Source: Amphiscolops sp. MND2022 (lineage: Eukaryota). From it: a stretch of DNA of 64,000 nucleotides. Shown in pieces: positions 52,996 to 64,000 of this stretch. The notes under the pieces are model-generated. The model saw nothing but the letters and a program-made list of their open reading frames with translations. It was not told the DNA's origin and did not search any database. Every line of letters starts with the position of its first letter. The first letter of the stretch is position 1. The stretch covers positions 25,856,001-25,920,000 of the forward strand of contig OZ076409.1 in the NCBI GenBank assembly GCA_964187785.1. The letters are read 5' to 3'. The position numbers and the translations under genes were made by a program.

Positions 52996-53998
52996 GTCCT
53001 GCACTTTTAAACGAGAATAGAGCAGCTTCAAAACCATCTATGAAAGCACGGGATCTTACTCCACGGTCTCTTACTGTCTCGGTGTCGTAGGCGGTTGCCA
53101 TTAAATATTCGCCCAAAATTTCCAATGCTATTTGATCGTAGCACTTCCCGCACCAATCGCAAAAGCCTGCTACATTTGGCATCACGGTGGGGAACAATCT
53201 GTGCATCTGTCTTTCACTAGTTGGGATAAGTAGCAAATTGGTACTATGTCCCACATGAAAAGGGAAATTAAATACCTGCTGGTTATTGACCACTTGGGCT
53301 TGCTGATGCACATCCATTCTTCCACTATTCGGGGGTATTTGTATCATCAATGGGGCGTTTTTGTAGACTACCATATTGTCCACTGGAGTAGGGGCTGTCA
53401 TTTCCTGTTGGTTATAGTTACTCGGGTAGACTGTTTGATGATGGTTATTGAAGATATTGGGTTGTAGCATTTGGAAGTGACTTGCATTAGCCACGAAATT
53501 CGGAGGGTAGGTTGCAGCTGGCCTGTTCACTGGTACGCTCCTTTGAGGATTGTCCCGGGGCGTTGGTAAAATAGCTGCTGTTGTTCTCCCATAGCTGTTT
53601 GTCGAGCCTTCCTCCCTAACTTGAGGTTCCCAAGGTGACATAGGGGAATCTTCTAGTTCAGTGTCAATGAATGAGGTGGATGGGGATTCGTATATATGTT
53701 GATCTTCTTCCATCAAGTCCACTAACTGGCGCTCAATTCTTGTTCCAGAAATGTCGATTACTTCGTCTTCTCTTGATCCACTTGCTGAAGTAGGAAAAAG
53801 GGAAGCTGTCGCCGCTCCCATAAAGGCGGTCATGACATCAGATCGGGGGCCGCCAGGCCTAAATCGATCTTCTAACTCCGATACGTCTCCAGGGTGGACA
53901 ATAAATTCATCTCCAGAGTCACTTGAGACGTCAATTATGACGGGGGACAGCGAAGGTAGCGCCAATTTTTCCTCAAGATTGAATTGAAGATTCTCCAT
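52949..53998 (-). CDS. Accessory sense ORF-X of element C (349 aa)
   Basis: MENLQF start, GFCDWCGKCY, ETVRDRGVRSRAFIDG and GLSQSHSC align with ORF-X of A and B. Confidence 0.8.
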   Translation of the reverse strand: MENLQFNLEEKLALPSLSPVIIDVSSDSGDEFIVHPGDVSELEDRFRPGGPRSDVMTAFMGAATASLFPTSASGSREDEVIDISGTRIERQLVDLMEEDQHIYESPSTSFIDTELEDSPMSPWEPQVREEGSTNSYGRTTAAILPTPRDNPQRSVPVNRPAATYPPNFVANASHFQMLQPNIFNNHHQTVYPSNYNQQEMTAPTPVDNMVVYKNAPLMIQIPPNSGRMDVHQQAQVVNNQQVFNFPFHVGHSTNLLLIPTSERQMHRLFPTVMPNVAGFCDWCGKCYDQIALEILGEYLMATAYDTETVRDRGVRSRAFIDGFEAALFSFKSAGLSQSHSCAGAVGQQP

Positions 53999-55483
53999 TG
54001 GTATCGTGTGGTTAGATAGTTTTGAAGAATGAAAATTACGAGCTTTATTGTTTTGGATTATTCCGATTGAGGTTTAATTCGGATGAGCTACTGCTTCTAG
54101 TTTTCTAATGAGACCTTATGGTAGTTGTCCCATAAATCCCAGTTGTTTCCGATGATTCCCGCGGAAATGCTGAGCGTCATGATTTCTATCTTATCTGATA
54201 CCCTTATATGGGTTTTAAGGAAATATAGTCGGATATTTCAAAGAGATGAGTTTGATCTGTATCCATCAATGAGGTGTAAACAATTCGATTTCAAGTGTTT
54301 TCTCAGTTTCATCTTGTAATATTACACCTCTTGCTGCTCACTATCTCACTGAGATGATGATTTAAATGATTTATCAACAATTTTCTTCCTATTTAGGAAG
54401 GTAAATTAGGTTTACAGTGAAATAATTATTCATGTTATTTTGAACAGGGTTAATTCATCCAATTTTACATGACTGAATTGAGAGAAAATAATGAAAATGA
54501 TTCAGGAAAGAGTTTCAAACAGACGTATCAAAAATTAAAACATGAGTTCGTCTATCTAATACATTCACACTTTCATCGGTCCTGCACTTAAAAAGTGCAC
54601 AATGGAGTTATATCTAACAATTTTTCACTCATTTTAAATTTCTCAAAAGATTAACATATGACGTTGCCACATAACAAGTGCCATATATCCTTGTAAATTC
54701 AGTTTTCACATTCGAAGGTAAATTCATGTTTCCGTACATCAAATACTGCTCATTGCCTAATAGTTTACTATTAGCTGAGAATAAGTTTGTTTTAATCACA
54801 TGTACTGCACATCTTGCCACGTAGTATTATTTGACTTTGTGTAGTCAAGAATGAATACTATTACGTCATCCTGTTTGTTGGCCATCTCTTTTCTTCGCTG
54901 TTCGTTATTGTGTGTTATTCCGCATGATACCGCATACACGGCATACGTATCTCCGCATGATGGCGTATACTCGGCACCTGTAGTTCCGCATGATGACGCA
55001 TAGTGTTTCACTCAGTATCCATAATTCCGCATAATGCCGTATATTGTATGTAATACAGTGTATATGCTGCGCATTCTCTCTATTCACTCTTGTTTGCAAT
55101 AAGAGTGAATAATGCGTCACTTGTTGGTGTCAATTATGTAATCTCTCACTCTGGCAGTAGTGATTGACATTTAATTGACCAATCAGATTCGAGCGCTATT
55201 TGATTCAAAGTTTGCTGTTTGGTAACATTTGCTTTTTGCCCGTAATTTATACGCCACGCCTTCTATGCTTGCATATTTGAGTATCTTTTGCATTCTAATC
55301 TTCACCAGTCCTTTTGTATTTTTTGAGTAATTAGTCTCATAGTCAAAGTCTTTCTCATCATCTGCTACACTTTTCTAGAATTCCATACTCTTGTATTCCA
55401 TTGCCGTCATTTAAAATTCGTTTCTTTATTATTTGTGTGACAACGACACTGTATTTGCATCTTTATTATCCCATATCCAGTAA

Positions 55484-58400
55484 ATGGAGTCTGGTAGTCG
55501 AAGGAAATCACGCAAGGACCAGATTACGAGGCGACAAGCTACATCGTGGGGGTTCAAATCTCCTACTGAGACTTCTCCTGGTTAGTTCAAATTTGTTTTC
55601 GTTTTGATTCAGATCAGGGTTTATTTGATTGTGGGGTTTATCATGCAAAACTGGCCAGGCTTGCAATCAAAAATAACCATTATGTGATGGTTACGATTTT
55701 CAATTTTCGGTACCGGTTTTCTTCAAAACATATTTGTTTCGAGTTGATTTAAGGGCGGAAGTAGAGTGTTTCATTTCTTTCACCGCGTCCGGTTCAGATT
55801 CAAACCAAACTACTTCCTGTGATTTTTCTGCTTCCGCTTCCGCTTTTAGCAGTTTGTTGTTTGTTTTAGTTGAACTAGGAGCTACTCAGAAATCACCTTC
55901 CCGATCCCCGACGAAGATTTATACACCTCTTCAAGTTGCTGATCCTGGTCAATGCAGTCGTTCTCCTCCTGATATTCTTCAACAAACTACGGCTGTAGAG
56001 GATAGTGACGGGATTGAACGCGTATCCTTGACTAATTTAGCTGAATATCCCAGCTTTGTACCGCTCCTAGTCCTTGATTCTACTGACGAGGAAGAGAATA
56101 TTCCAACTGAGGAGATAGTACTGTCCGATCAAGAGACTCCAGAGATGAGTGCCGCCAATTCACCATTGCCTCAAACGCCCCCCATTGTGACTGAGAAGCG
56201 AGAGCCAACTACTAATATCACCACTTCTCCCCGCTTTACTGAGTTTCTCCGAACCCCCCGAGGAACTACTGTCCCTACAGGAGGACGCAAAATTGTGGGA
56301 GTAGATATCCCACTCTCATCTGATGTGGAAGAAGCGGAGCCTGAGGTTGATGGAACAAAAGAGTCTGCTGAACATGCGGAGAACAATGATTTGGAGGCAG
56401 ATCTATCAACTGATTCTTTGAGTGGCCTCGGAGGAGAGACAGATGGTGAAATGGTCCAAAAAGTCACCATCACACGACGTGAAGCAATTGCCCTAACAAA
56501 TGTGCTGGACAAGATTCCACGAACGGTAATGCGGCAAGACAATCAAGCTACAGTTGACAACATTACTTTGACCGTAGTTGACAAGCCTTCCAACCCACCT
56601 GAACCAAATGTACAAGATGACGAACAAGGGGGTTCCGCTGAATTTCCTTCTGGGGACAGTAGACCTAATCCGAGTCCTGACGATCGGCCAGTTCTGCGGG
56701 GTAAGAGGCGAAGGCCGAAATATTCGCTAACTACCGCCATGCTCAAGAAGCACCCTGTGGTGCAATATTTCGCAACGGGCCCTCTCGACAGGAGCAAAAG
56801 CCCCTACAAATGGTGGTGTCGTGTCTGCAGGATTGAGCTGTCCCTAATGAGCAGAGGGGTGCTCGAGTTATTGTCACATTTTCGGACCGAGACTCATTTA
56901 CTAAAGGAGCATCGAATTCGACTCGAGACACCCGGGTTACCCCTGTTCGATCAGAATGAAAATGAATTGCATGGAGTGGGGTTACAAGAGGCCAAGAGAA
57001 GAGCCAGGGAGTCCCATCCCATCGCCCCCCAACTGGACAGTTGTCGTCTACTTGTGGGCCAGGACAGGCTACCGGAATTCAGCTCAACCACGAACCCGAG
57101 TGAGAGCGTCCTCGCTCAAATTTGCATTCTGGAACACGGGCTACGTCATGGTGGGCATGTTGACCTTCTACTTGGAATTTGGGAGGAAATGACTCGGCTA
57201 ACACCAGGGAGCAGCGCCCAGACAACTTCCCACAATTGGACCAAACATCGACTTTATATAAGTATTTTTGCTCGTCAAAGTTTGCTTCGTATGATTTCTC
57301 TGTTTTCCAAAAGGTTGTCTTGTTTAGGCCATCATAACTTACATGTTCCGAGAACTGATGCATTACTGTGTGGTTACAACTGGCATTACTGGAATCTGTT
57401 CATTGTCGTACCAGAGTTCTTTTACTGCCAACTATCTTTACTTGAATTTTTGGTCGGGCAACATCTATTATCAAGTATGTTTGGGGTCTGGACCACGAGG
57501 GATTCTTTTACCCAAAAAGATTCTCACTTTAATCTCCTCTTATCTGAGCCTATTCGAGAATCCGCCCAACTGCCTCAGCCTAATCAATTTCGATGAAAGA
57601 CTCAGCACTAGTTTGAGTTCATCGCTCCCTGGAAGGAAGCGACCTATGATCGTAACTGGATTCGGTCCCACTGAATTGGAGAAGTGTCTTGCGATGCCCT
57701 CATCCCGCATTCTAGAGAGACACGATTTCAGAACTATTCTCGACTTTCTGTTGATGAAGTTAAGGACTGCACTCGATCAAGAGTGGTTGCAATCCGTTCC
57801 AGTTCTCCATAAGGTATAATATTTCCCTCATTTTGTGTTCAAATGTATTTTTCATCAGGGTGTCCAATCTTTTCTGTTTTTGTAGTGTGTGTTGCAACTG
57901 TCGTATAACTTGGAAGAAGCATCATCACTCATCGCACTACTCTCAGCCAATTGGGACAAGGTGTTGGAACACCTAAACCGGATTTCACGTCTGCCAGCTT
58001 TTCGGTTCCATATGAGAGAGGTAATAACTTGTTTCGCCATCTTTCCTTTCTATTATTGTAATTCTGTGAACTAATCTTCATGGATTGTTTTAGCCCAGCA
58101 CACTAGATGAGTGCTTCAGGCTTGATACTGCCTACCCCGCCAGGCTGTTTGTCATTCGCTGCGTACTGGATCATTGTTAGTATCAATTTATTCCACTAAG
58201 ATGTTGCTCACTTGGTATAAAAAATTTCGCTTCCAAACCTCCGTTTCTTTAAATCTTTCCAATTTCTTCAGAGATCAATTTTTATAGGCGCACATTCTGT
58301 CTTTTTGTAACTCTTGTTCTTTTAGTGGTAATTAGAGCATTACCGCAGGATGACGGATATACGTCACTTCAATTTCCGCGTAGTACCGCATATGCGGTAT

Positions 58401-59650
58401 CTCTTTTTCTGTATAATGCCGCATAATCATCGTCAAAATTCCTGCCATTTGCTTGATTTCAGCATAATACCGCATTGAAATAGCTCGTTTTTACAATTAT
58501 TGTATCTTCCGCGTATGAGATTACATAATCGTCTTGTCCTGTTTCAGATACTTCAGCCTTCTCTGAGACCGATTCAGGATATGGAGCTGGGTTCAGACTG
58601 TTCAACCAATTTGCTGTCTTCGTGTATAGTCAGCTTCAAAGTATTTTGCCAGACAGCGTCCAATGAAGCATCTCTGATTGGGATAATTACTTGAAATTGG
58701 ACTTAACCCAGGCAGACCTCCCTTTCAAGAGTGCCGACGATTTCGTTTTGAACTCTGATTTCCACCGACTTGTTACTTCAAGTAAATTACCAAGACCAAG
58801 CAAATTCATCGACCAGTCTATTGCTTTTTACAAAGCTTTCTGTCGCATTCTGTTACAACACAAAATTGTCAAGTCCGATCTTATTCGAGGGCTCTCCTGC
58901 TTTGACTCTGCCATGGTTCTCGAAGGAGGAGAGGATCGGTATATTTCCGCAATAGAGCAGCTAACGAGTCACTTCGCATCGCATGGCAGCATAACTGCAA
59001 GCGATAAGACCAAAGCAATTAGTCAGTACAGGGCCCTGGTGGTCAAGTTTCGATCTTCGCAAATCGATCGGACAGTGGATTGGTTTACATTCCTCTCTGG
59101 CCACTATGAACTGCATTGTCGACCAGAACTGCATCAAGTTTTCAAGTACGCTTGCCTCTGTCTTCCACCAATGGCGAAGTTTCCTGTTCGTTTTGAGGTC
59201 CACATACCAGAACTTGGCCCTGATGAGGAGGTATTTCAGTCCTGTGTAACCTGCATTCAGGTATCTTATGCGACGGTGCCTAATGTGAGCAGTCTGTTTC
59301 GTGACCCTCGATCCAATAATCGTGTCTTCCGCTTGATAGGGAAAGGCAAAGATTTGCTGAGCGATCGCAAATTCTCAGTGTGGAATTTCCTTAAAGGCAG
59401 TGGATTCCGCAGGACCAAATGGCAGACGAAGTTCGAGAATTCATATAAGAGTGTGGTTGCTAGGAGAGAAGAAGCGCTGCTTCCCGACGATTCTGATGTT
59501 CCTTCTGCTAGTCATTCATCTAGTAATGCTAGTTCACCGGCTTCACGAGCTTTAACTGGTAAAGTTACACTGTCATTGCCGCGCTGTGTCGATGAAAGGA
59601 AGGATGATAAACGGAGTAAGGGAAAAGGTGAAAAGACCAAGAAGAATTGA
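55484..59650 (+). pseudogene. Antisense spliced accessory gene of element C; exons 55484-55580, 55870-57257, 57328-57813, 57886-58020, 58094-58175, 58548-59650
   Basis: WWCRVCRIELS...HFRTETH zinc finger; internal exons of 486, 135 and 82 nt exactly as in A. The donor at 57258 reads ATAAGT (mutated) and there is an in-frame TGA at 58664-58666. Confidence 0.8.
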
Positions 59651-59821
59651 TCTCATCCAATACTCCAAACTTTATGTTTTTCAACTGTTTATTTATAGTT
59701 TGTTTCTTTTCTGATGCGTTCTATTTATCTTTGTATTTATTGGCAAACGCAGCAGCGGAATACTGGGAGTATAAAACCAGTAATGAGAAGATGAGAGAAT
59801 AGTTTTGACTGAAAGTTGTTT

Positions 59822-62800
59822 TTAATATCTGTATGTGTCAGAGTAATTTGGGTTGGAGTTAGGTCGTAAATTGTATCTATCACCACGGGTATTTATGGGT
59901 TCTTCTTGTGATGGGGTATGTTGTGGATTTTCTGGGGTTTTTTGGATATCATCGTCAAGTGAATTATTTGCGTCTTTTTGGGTTTTTTGGGTACTTTGAT
60001 CATCTTCAATGATTTGTTGTGGTATTTCATTTTCATGGGTTTCAACTGGTTCAGTGGTCTGTTCCACTGGGCTCCCCCCACTATTTTTTGAAGAACCTGG
60101 GGAGGGTGGGCGGTTTTCTTCGGGCATTTGAATTGGAATGTATTCTGTGTCTTCAGTATTTAATGATTATTCTGAAGGACCATCGTCAAAAGGATTTGAA
60201 CCGAAGTTCGTGTTCCATGATTGGGCATATATGTCATCATTTGTTATAGGCATTTGGTCATCTTTTTGCCAATCGGTTTCTCGGACAAAAATATCTGCTA
60301 AGGGCGCTTGCGGAGTGAATTTCCGTAGATGAATCCTGTGTAGCAGTTGCGTTTTGTTAGTCCTGAGTCTCCGGACGATGTAGTTATTGTTAGGGAGCAC
60401 TTTTTCTACTTTATATGGCCCACACCATCTGAATTCTCGGAATGGTATTTTTGTCGCTTGAGTATCAGCTTTTGGGTTAAGAATGTAGCAGTAATCCGTT
60501 GTTTCGAGCGGAGCTGCTTTCGCTTTGCGGTCATAGTAAGCTTTATATTTGAGATATGATTGCATGATGTTCTTTTTGGTTTGATCTAGAAGGATTTTCA
60601 TGCGTTTTTCAATTTTTTCCGCCACATCTGCTTGCGGTTGGTATCGTGGGTTAGGATTGTATCCAAGTTTGTAGTCTAGGATATTGTGTGGTATCCTACC
60701 ATGGAAGACTCGTGAAGGTTCACAACCGAGTGATGCATTGTATGTGGTGTTGTGATTGAGGACTGCCAAGGGGAGATATTTATGCCAGTTGTTCCTGAAT
60801 TTGCCTGTTGCGGCTTTTAGGTGCATTTTTACTGATGCATGTGTTCTCTCAAGGAGTCCTATTGTTTGGGCATGTTTCATTGTTGCGTGCTTCATTTCAA
60901 TTCCAACTACTGCCGCAACTTCGTGAGTTACTTGTGCATTGAATTGAGTGCCTAAATCTGTGATTATCGTTGTTGGAAGGTATATATGTTTGCATAAGAT
61001 GTCCATGATAACCCTTGATACTGCTGTTGCAGTAATACGAGTTACAGGGTAGGCAAACAAGTATTTTGAGAAGACATCTATTGCTGTGATAATATGGTCA
61101 TAGCCTCCACTAGGGGGAAGGCTTGGTAAAATGTCCATTTGCAAAATTTCTTCCGGACCGAGATCCCATTGCGGACAGTTAAGAAGTTCTGTCCTAAGGA
61201 GATCATTGTTGATGCGTTTCGTTTGGATGCAAATTTGGCAATTACTGACCCATTTTTTGATGTATTTTGCCATACATGGTAGTAATATTTTTGTCTTGCT
61301 TCTTGAATCATTTTCGTAATTCTTGGATGGTTCGAATTATGGCCATGTAAGGCTTGAAGAAATTCGTCTAGGAGTTGGATTGGTAGGAGGATTTGGTAGT
61401 GAGATATAGTTCCAGTGTCGGTGTAGTATTTTCGTGTGAGAACTTCCTGTTTAATTTCTATTCGTGTTATGTTCTGTAAGTAGTGCTGGTATCGGTAGTC
61501 TGATGCTAGTTCATTCTCGTCAAAGGGGTTTCCTTCGAGTTTTGCTCTGAGGTTTCTTAGAACTATGTCGTTATTCTGTTCGAGGCGGATTCTTGCATTG
61601 TCCTTAAAGTATCCCGAAGAGCAGGAGATCAGACCTGATGTAGGTTTGTGGAATTGTTGTAGCTCGGAAACGGCATTTTCTGGCTCATTGTGTGTTTCAG
61701 TTTGTGCTTGATTTCGAATATTTTGTTTTTCTTCCCATAATTGATTTTCATCAATTTCATCATCTGGGAGGACATAGATTTGTTCTTCTTCGACGATGCC
61801 AGTTGATTGAATGTTCACCTCAATCGCTTTCGTGTGGAGGTCGTTGCGGATTGTCAATTCCAGTTTTTCTGTTGGGTCGACTTCCGTTCGAGATAAGAAG
61901 TCGGCAGCGGTGTTCATTGTTCCAGCTACGTGGGCGATCACGAAGTTGTATTGCAATACATAATCGCAGGCGTTCCAAAGTGCTGGAGGGATCATTTTTG
62001 TTTGAAAAAATTGGGTTACAGATCGATTGTCAGTAAACACGATTACTGGGAGGTACTACCCCACATGAGATGTCCGATTTCAACAAATGCAAAATATATT
62101 GACAGATATTCCTTTGCATAAATTGACATTTTCGTCTGTGTAGGGTTGAAAGTTTTTGAACCAAAAGCTATGGGTGCATATGTTTTGCGTTTTGATTGGA
62201 GTTTTTGGTTTGGGTCATCCTCTATCATGAGAGCATATCCAGCTGCTGTGAAACTTGCATCGAACATGACTATAAGTTGCTTGTTTTTCAGCGGTTGTTT
62301 TAGTGCTAACTGGCAAGAATTTTCTAGGAGTTTGTTGAGGTTCGTGAAGTCTTCTACCAAATTTGTCGGTACATAGAATTTGGAAGTTTCTTTGAGGAGT
62401 TTGAAGAACGGTGAGAGCCGTTCCGAAAGGCGTGGTATGTAAGTTCGGTAATAGTTTAAAAATCCGATATACCTCTGTAACGCTTTTTTTGATTTCGGAA
62501 AGCGAAGCTTTGAGAGGAAGTCTTTTACTTTGTCGGCTTGAGGGGCAACTCCATCTGGTGTGATTGTGCGTCCTAGAAAATCGACCTGTTTCACTCCAAA
62601 GTGGCATTTTGACATGGAGAGTTTTAATCCTGCATTGCGTATGCATTCAAAGACAGTTCTGATTTTCGTACACAGTTGTTTTGTGTTATTTGCCGCGATG
62701 CCAATGTCATCGACATACTGTGCACATTGGTCTGCTTTAATTGCTCTGTCCAGGTACTCTCTCATAAAACTTGAAAAGGCGGCAGAAAATGATCTGCTGA

Positions 62801-64000
62801 GACCCTGGGCAAGGCGTCGATAAGCGAATGTTCTGCTGGCAAAGTTGAAGGCGAGCATTTGGATGGATTGGTAATCCGCCATCTGCAAGCAGTGGTAAGC
62901 TTGGGAGCAGTCCAATTTGCAGAAAAGCTTTTTCCCTGCCTTATGTTGGGCTGCATCCGATAAGGTGCTTACTGGGTGGTTGTTGTTGACGTAGTCTTCA
63001 GTGATGAGGTTGTTGATTTTTCGTAGGTCAACGAGGAGTCTGAGGCGCCCGTTAGGTTTGCGTTGTGCAAATATTGGGCTTGCGTATTTAGAAAAAGGTA
63101 GTGTTGTAATGATGCCATACTTATGTAGGAGTGCAAGTTCCACTGTAATGTCATCTTTAAGATTGATAGGAGTTGGCAGACTTTGGCTGTATGCAGGTCT
63201 GTCGTCATTTGGCGTTAGTTTTACTTTGAATTCACGGTTTATGCCTATGTCGAAACGGTGTCTGGCAAAAATATCATGAAATTCAATGAGGATTTCTTCA
63301 ATTTCTTTCCGTTCATCAGGACTGAGTGTTGTGTCGGTCCAGTCGAAGTTTGAAAGGAAAGCTTTTCTGGAATTTTCATTATCTTGTGGGTTTAGTTTTT
63401 CAAGTTCTTTGAGTTCTAGGAGTTCTTTGTAGATTCGTTGTTGAATTGGAGTGTATGTTGCTGGGTCACCTGGTTCTTCGGGAGTAGGGAACCAGTATGT
63501 CTCCTGTTCTGAGTTCGTTTTTGGAACTTTGAGGAATTCGTTTATGTAGACGTCCGTTGTTTCCTCATGTTGTATCATGAAGGACAGTAACGCTGGGTCT
63601 ACTGGCTGTATATGTTTGATTTGTTCCGGTGTCAGTATCTTGAAATCCGCTAAATGGGTATCAAGGGTTATTGTATATGGTAAATCAGAGAAATTGATGA
63701 TTTGGTATCCAATAGCATTATTGTTAACGGTACTGAGTGACGCTGTGATGAAGATGCTATCGTGATTTTCAAACTGATGTGATGGGGTGACTATTCCGGT
63801 TGCGTCATGGTCCATCAGATGGGGCATTCTGCTTGCAATTGCTAGGGTTTCGCCTGGTTGCAAGGTATATGTATTTTCTGCAAACAATGGTGTTGCTTGT
63901 CGTATTGATGTTTGGGTGTCGGGTTTGAGCTGCATTGAAAGATAGGGGAAGGTTAGGATGGCTTGTGTGACATCAAAAATTGCGTTATTTCTACTTAGAA
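59822..64000 (-). pseudogene. pol: pol of element C (RT, RNase H, IN); frameshifts near 62045 and 61275, stop at 60167
   Basis: YVDD, DASF, ADFLSR, integrase core, WCGPY, and C-terminal RYNLRPN..PNYSD.YRY. Confidence 0.92.

Larger units (their letters stand above)
51577..64000 (-). mobile_element. Element C: more distant member of the same lineage, decayed; 5' part lies beyond the window
   Basis: pol homologous to A/B; same arrangement of pol, antisense gene, ORF-X and LTR. Confidence 0.92.

Overview
Metazoan genomic DNA, mostly Ty3/gypsy LTR retrotransposons nested in the introns of two host genes. The host genes are a divergent SLC1/EAAT-type transporter (+, visible exons 8587-46654, one 35.8-kb intron) and a NompC/TRPN-like ankyrin gene (-, six visible exons 47193-51230). 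Elements: a compact Mag-type element (1717-7582) and three members of a large (~16 kb) lineage: A (12215-28636, -, apparently intact), B (29790-45579, +, decayed) and C (51577 to window end, -, decayed). There is also the end of a related LTR (1-707) and a hAT remnant. A, B and C share an architecture I do not recognise from described animal LTR elements. (1) Their 1.4-1.75 kb LTRs contain the gag start and the end of an extra ORF. (2) An antisense, intron-containing gene (~1280 aa in A) has a BED-like zinc finger and an apparently catalytically dead hAT-transposase-like body, with exon sizes and phases conserved in all three copies. (3) A divergently oriented sense ORF has a CxxC motif and SIM-like motifs. 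(4) Each family carries its own short DNA motif: a GACY-N3-RGTC palindrome (at least 28 copies in A, at least 20 in B), or 10-bp-phased CCGCAT pairs in C. My hypothesis is a self-targeting regulatory or anti-silencing module analogous to plant VANDAL/VANC; this function is inferred, not shown. All counts and alignments were done by eye.
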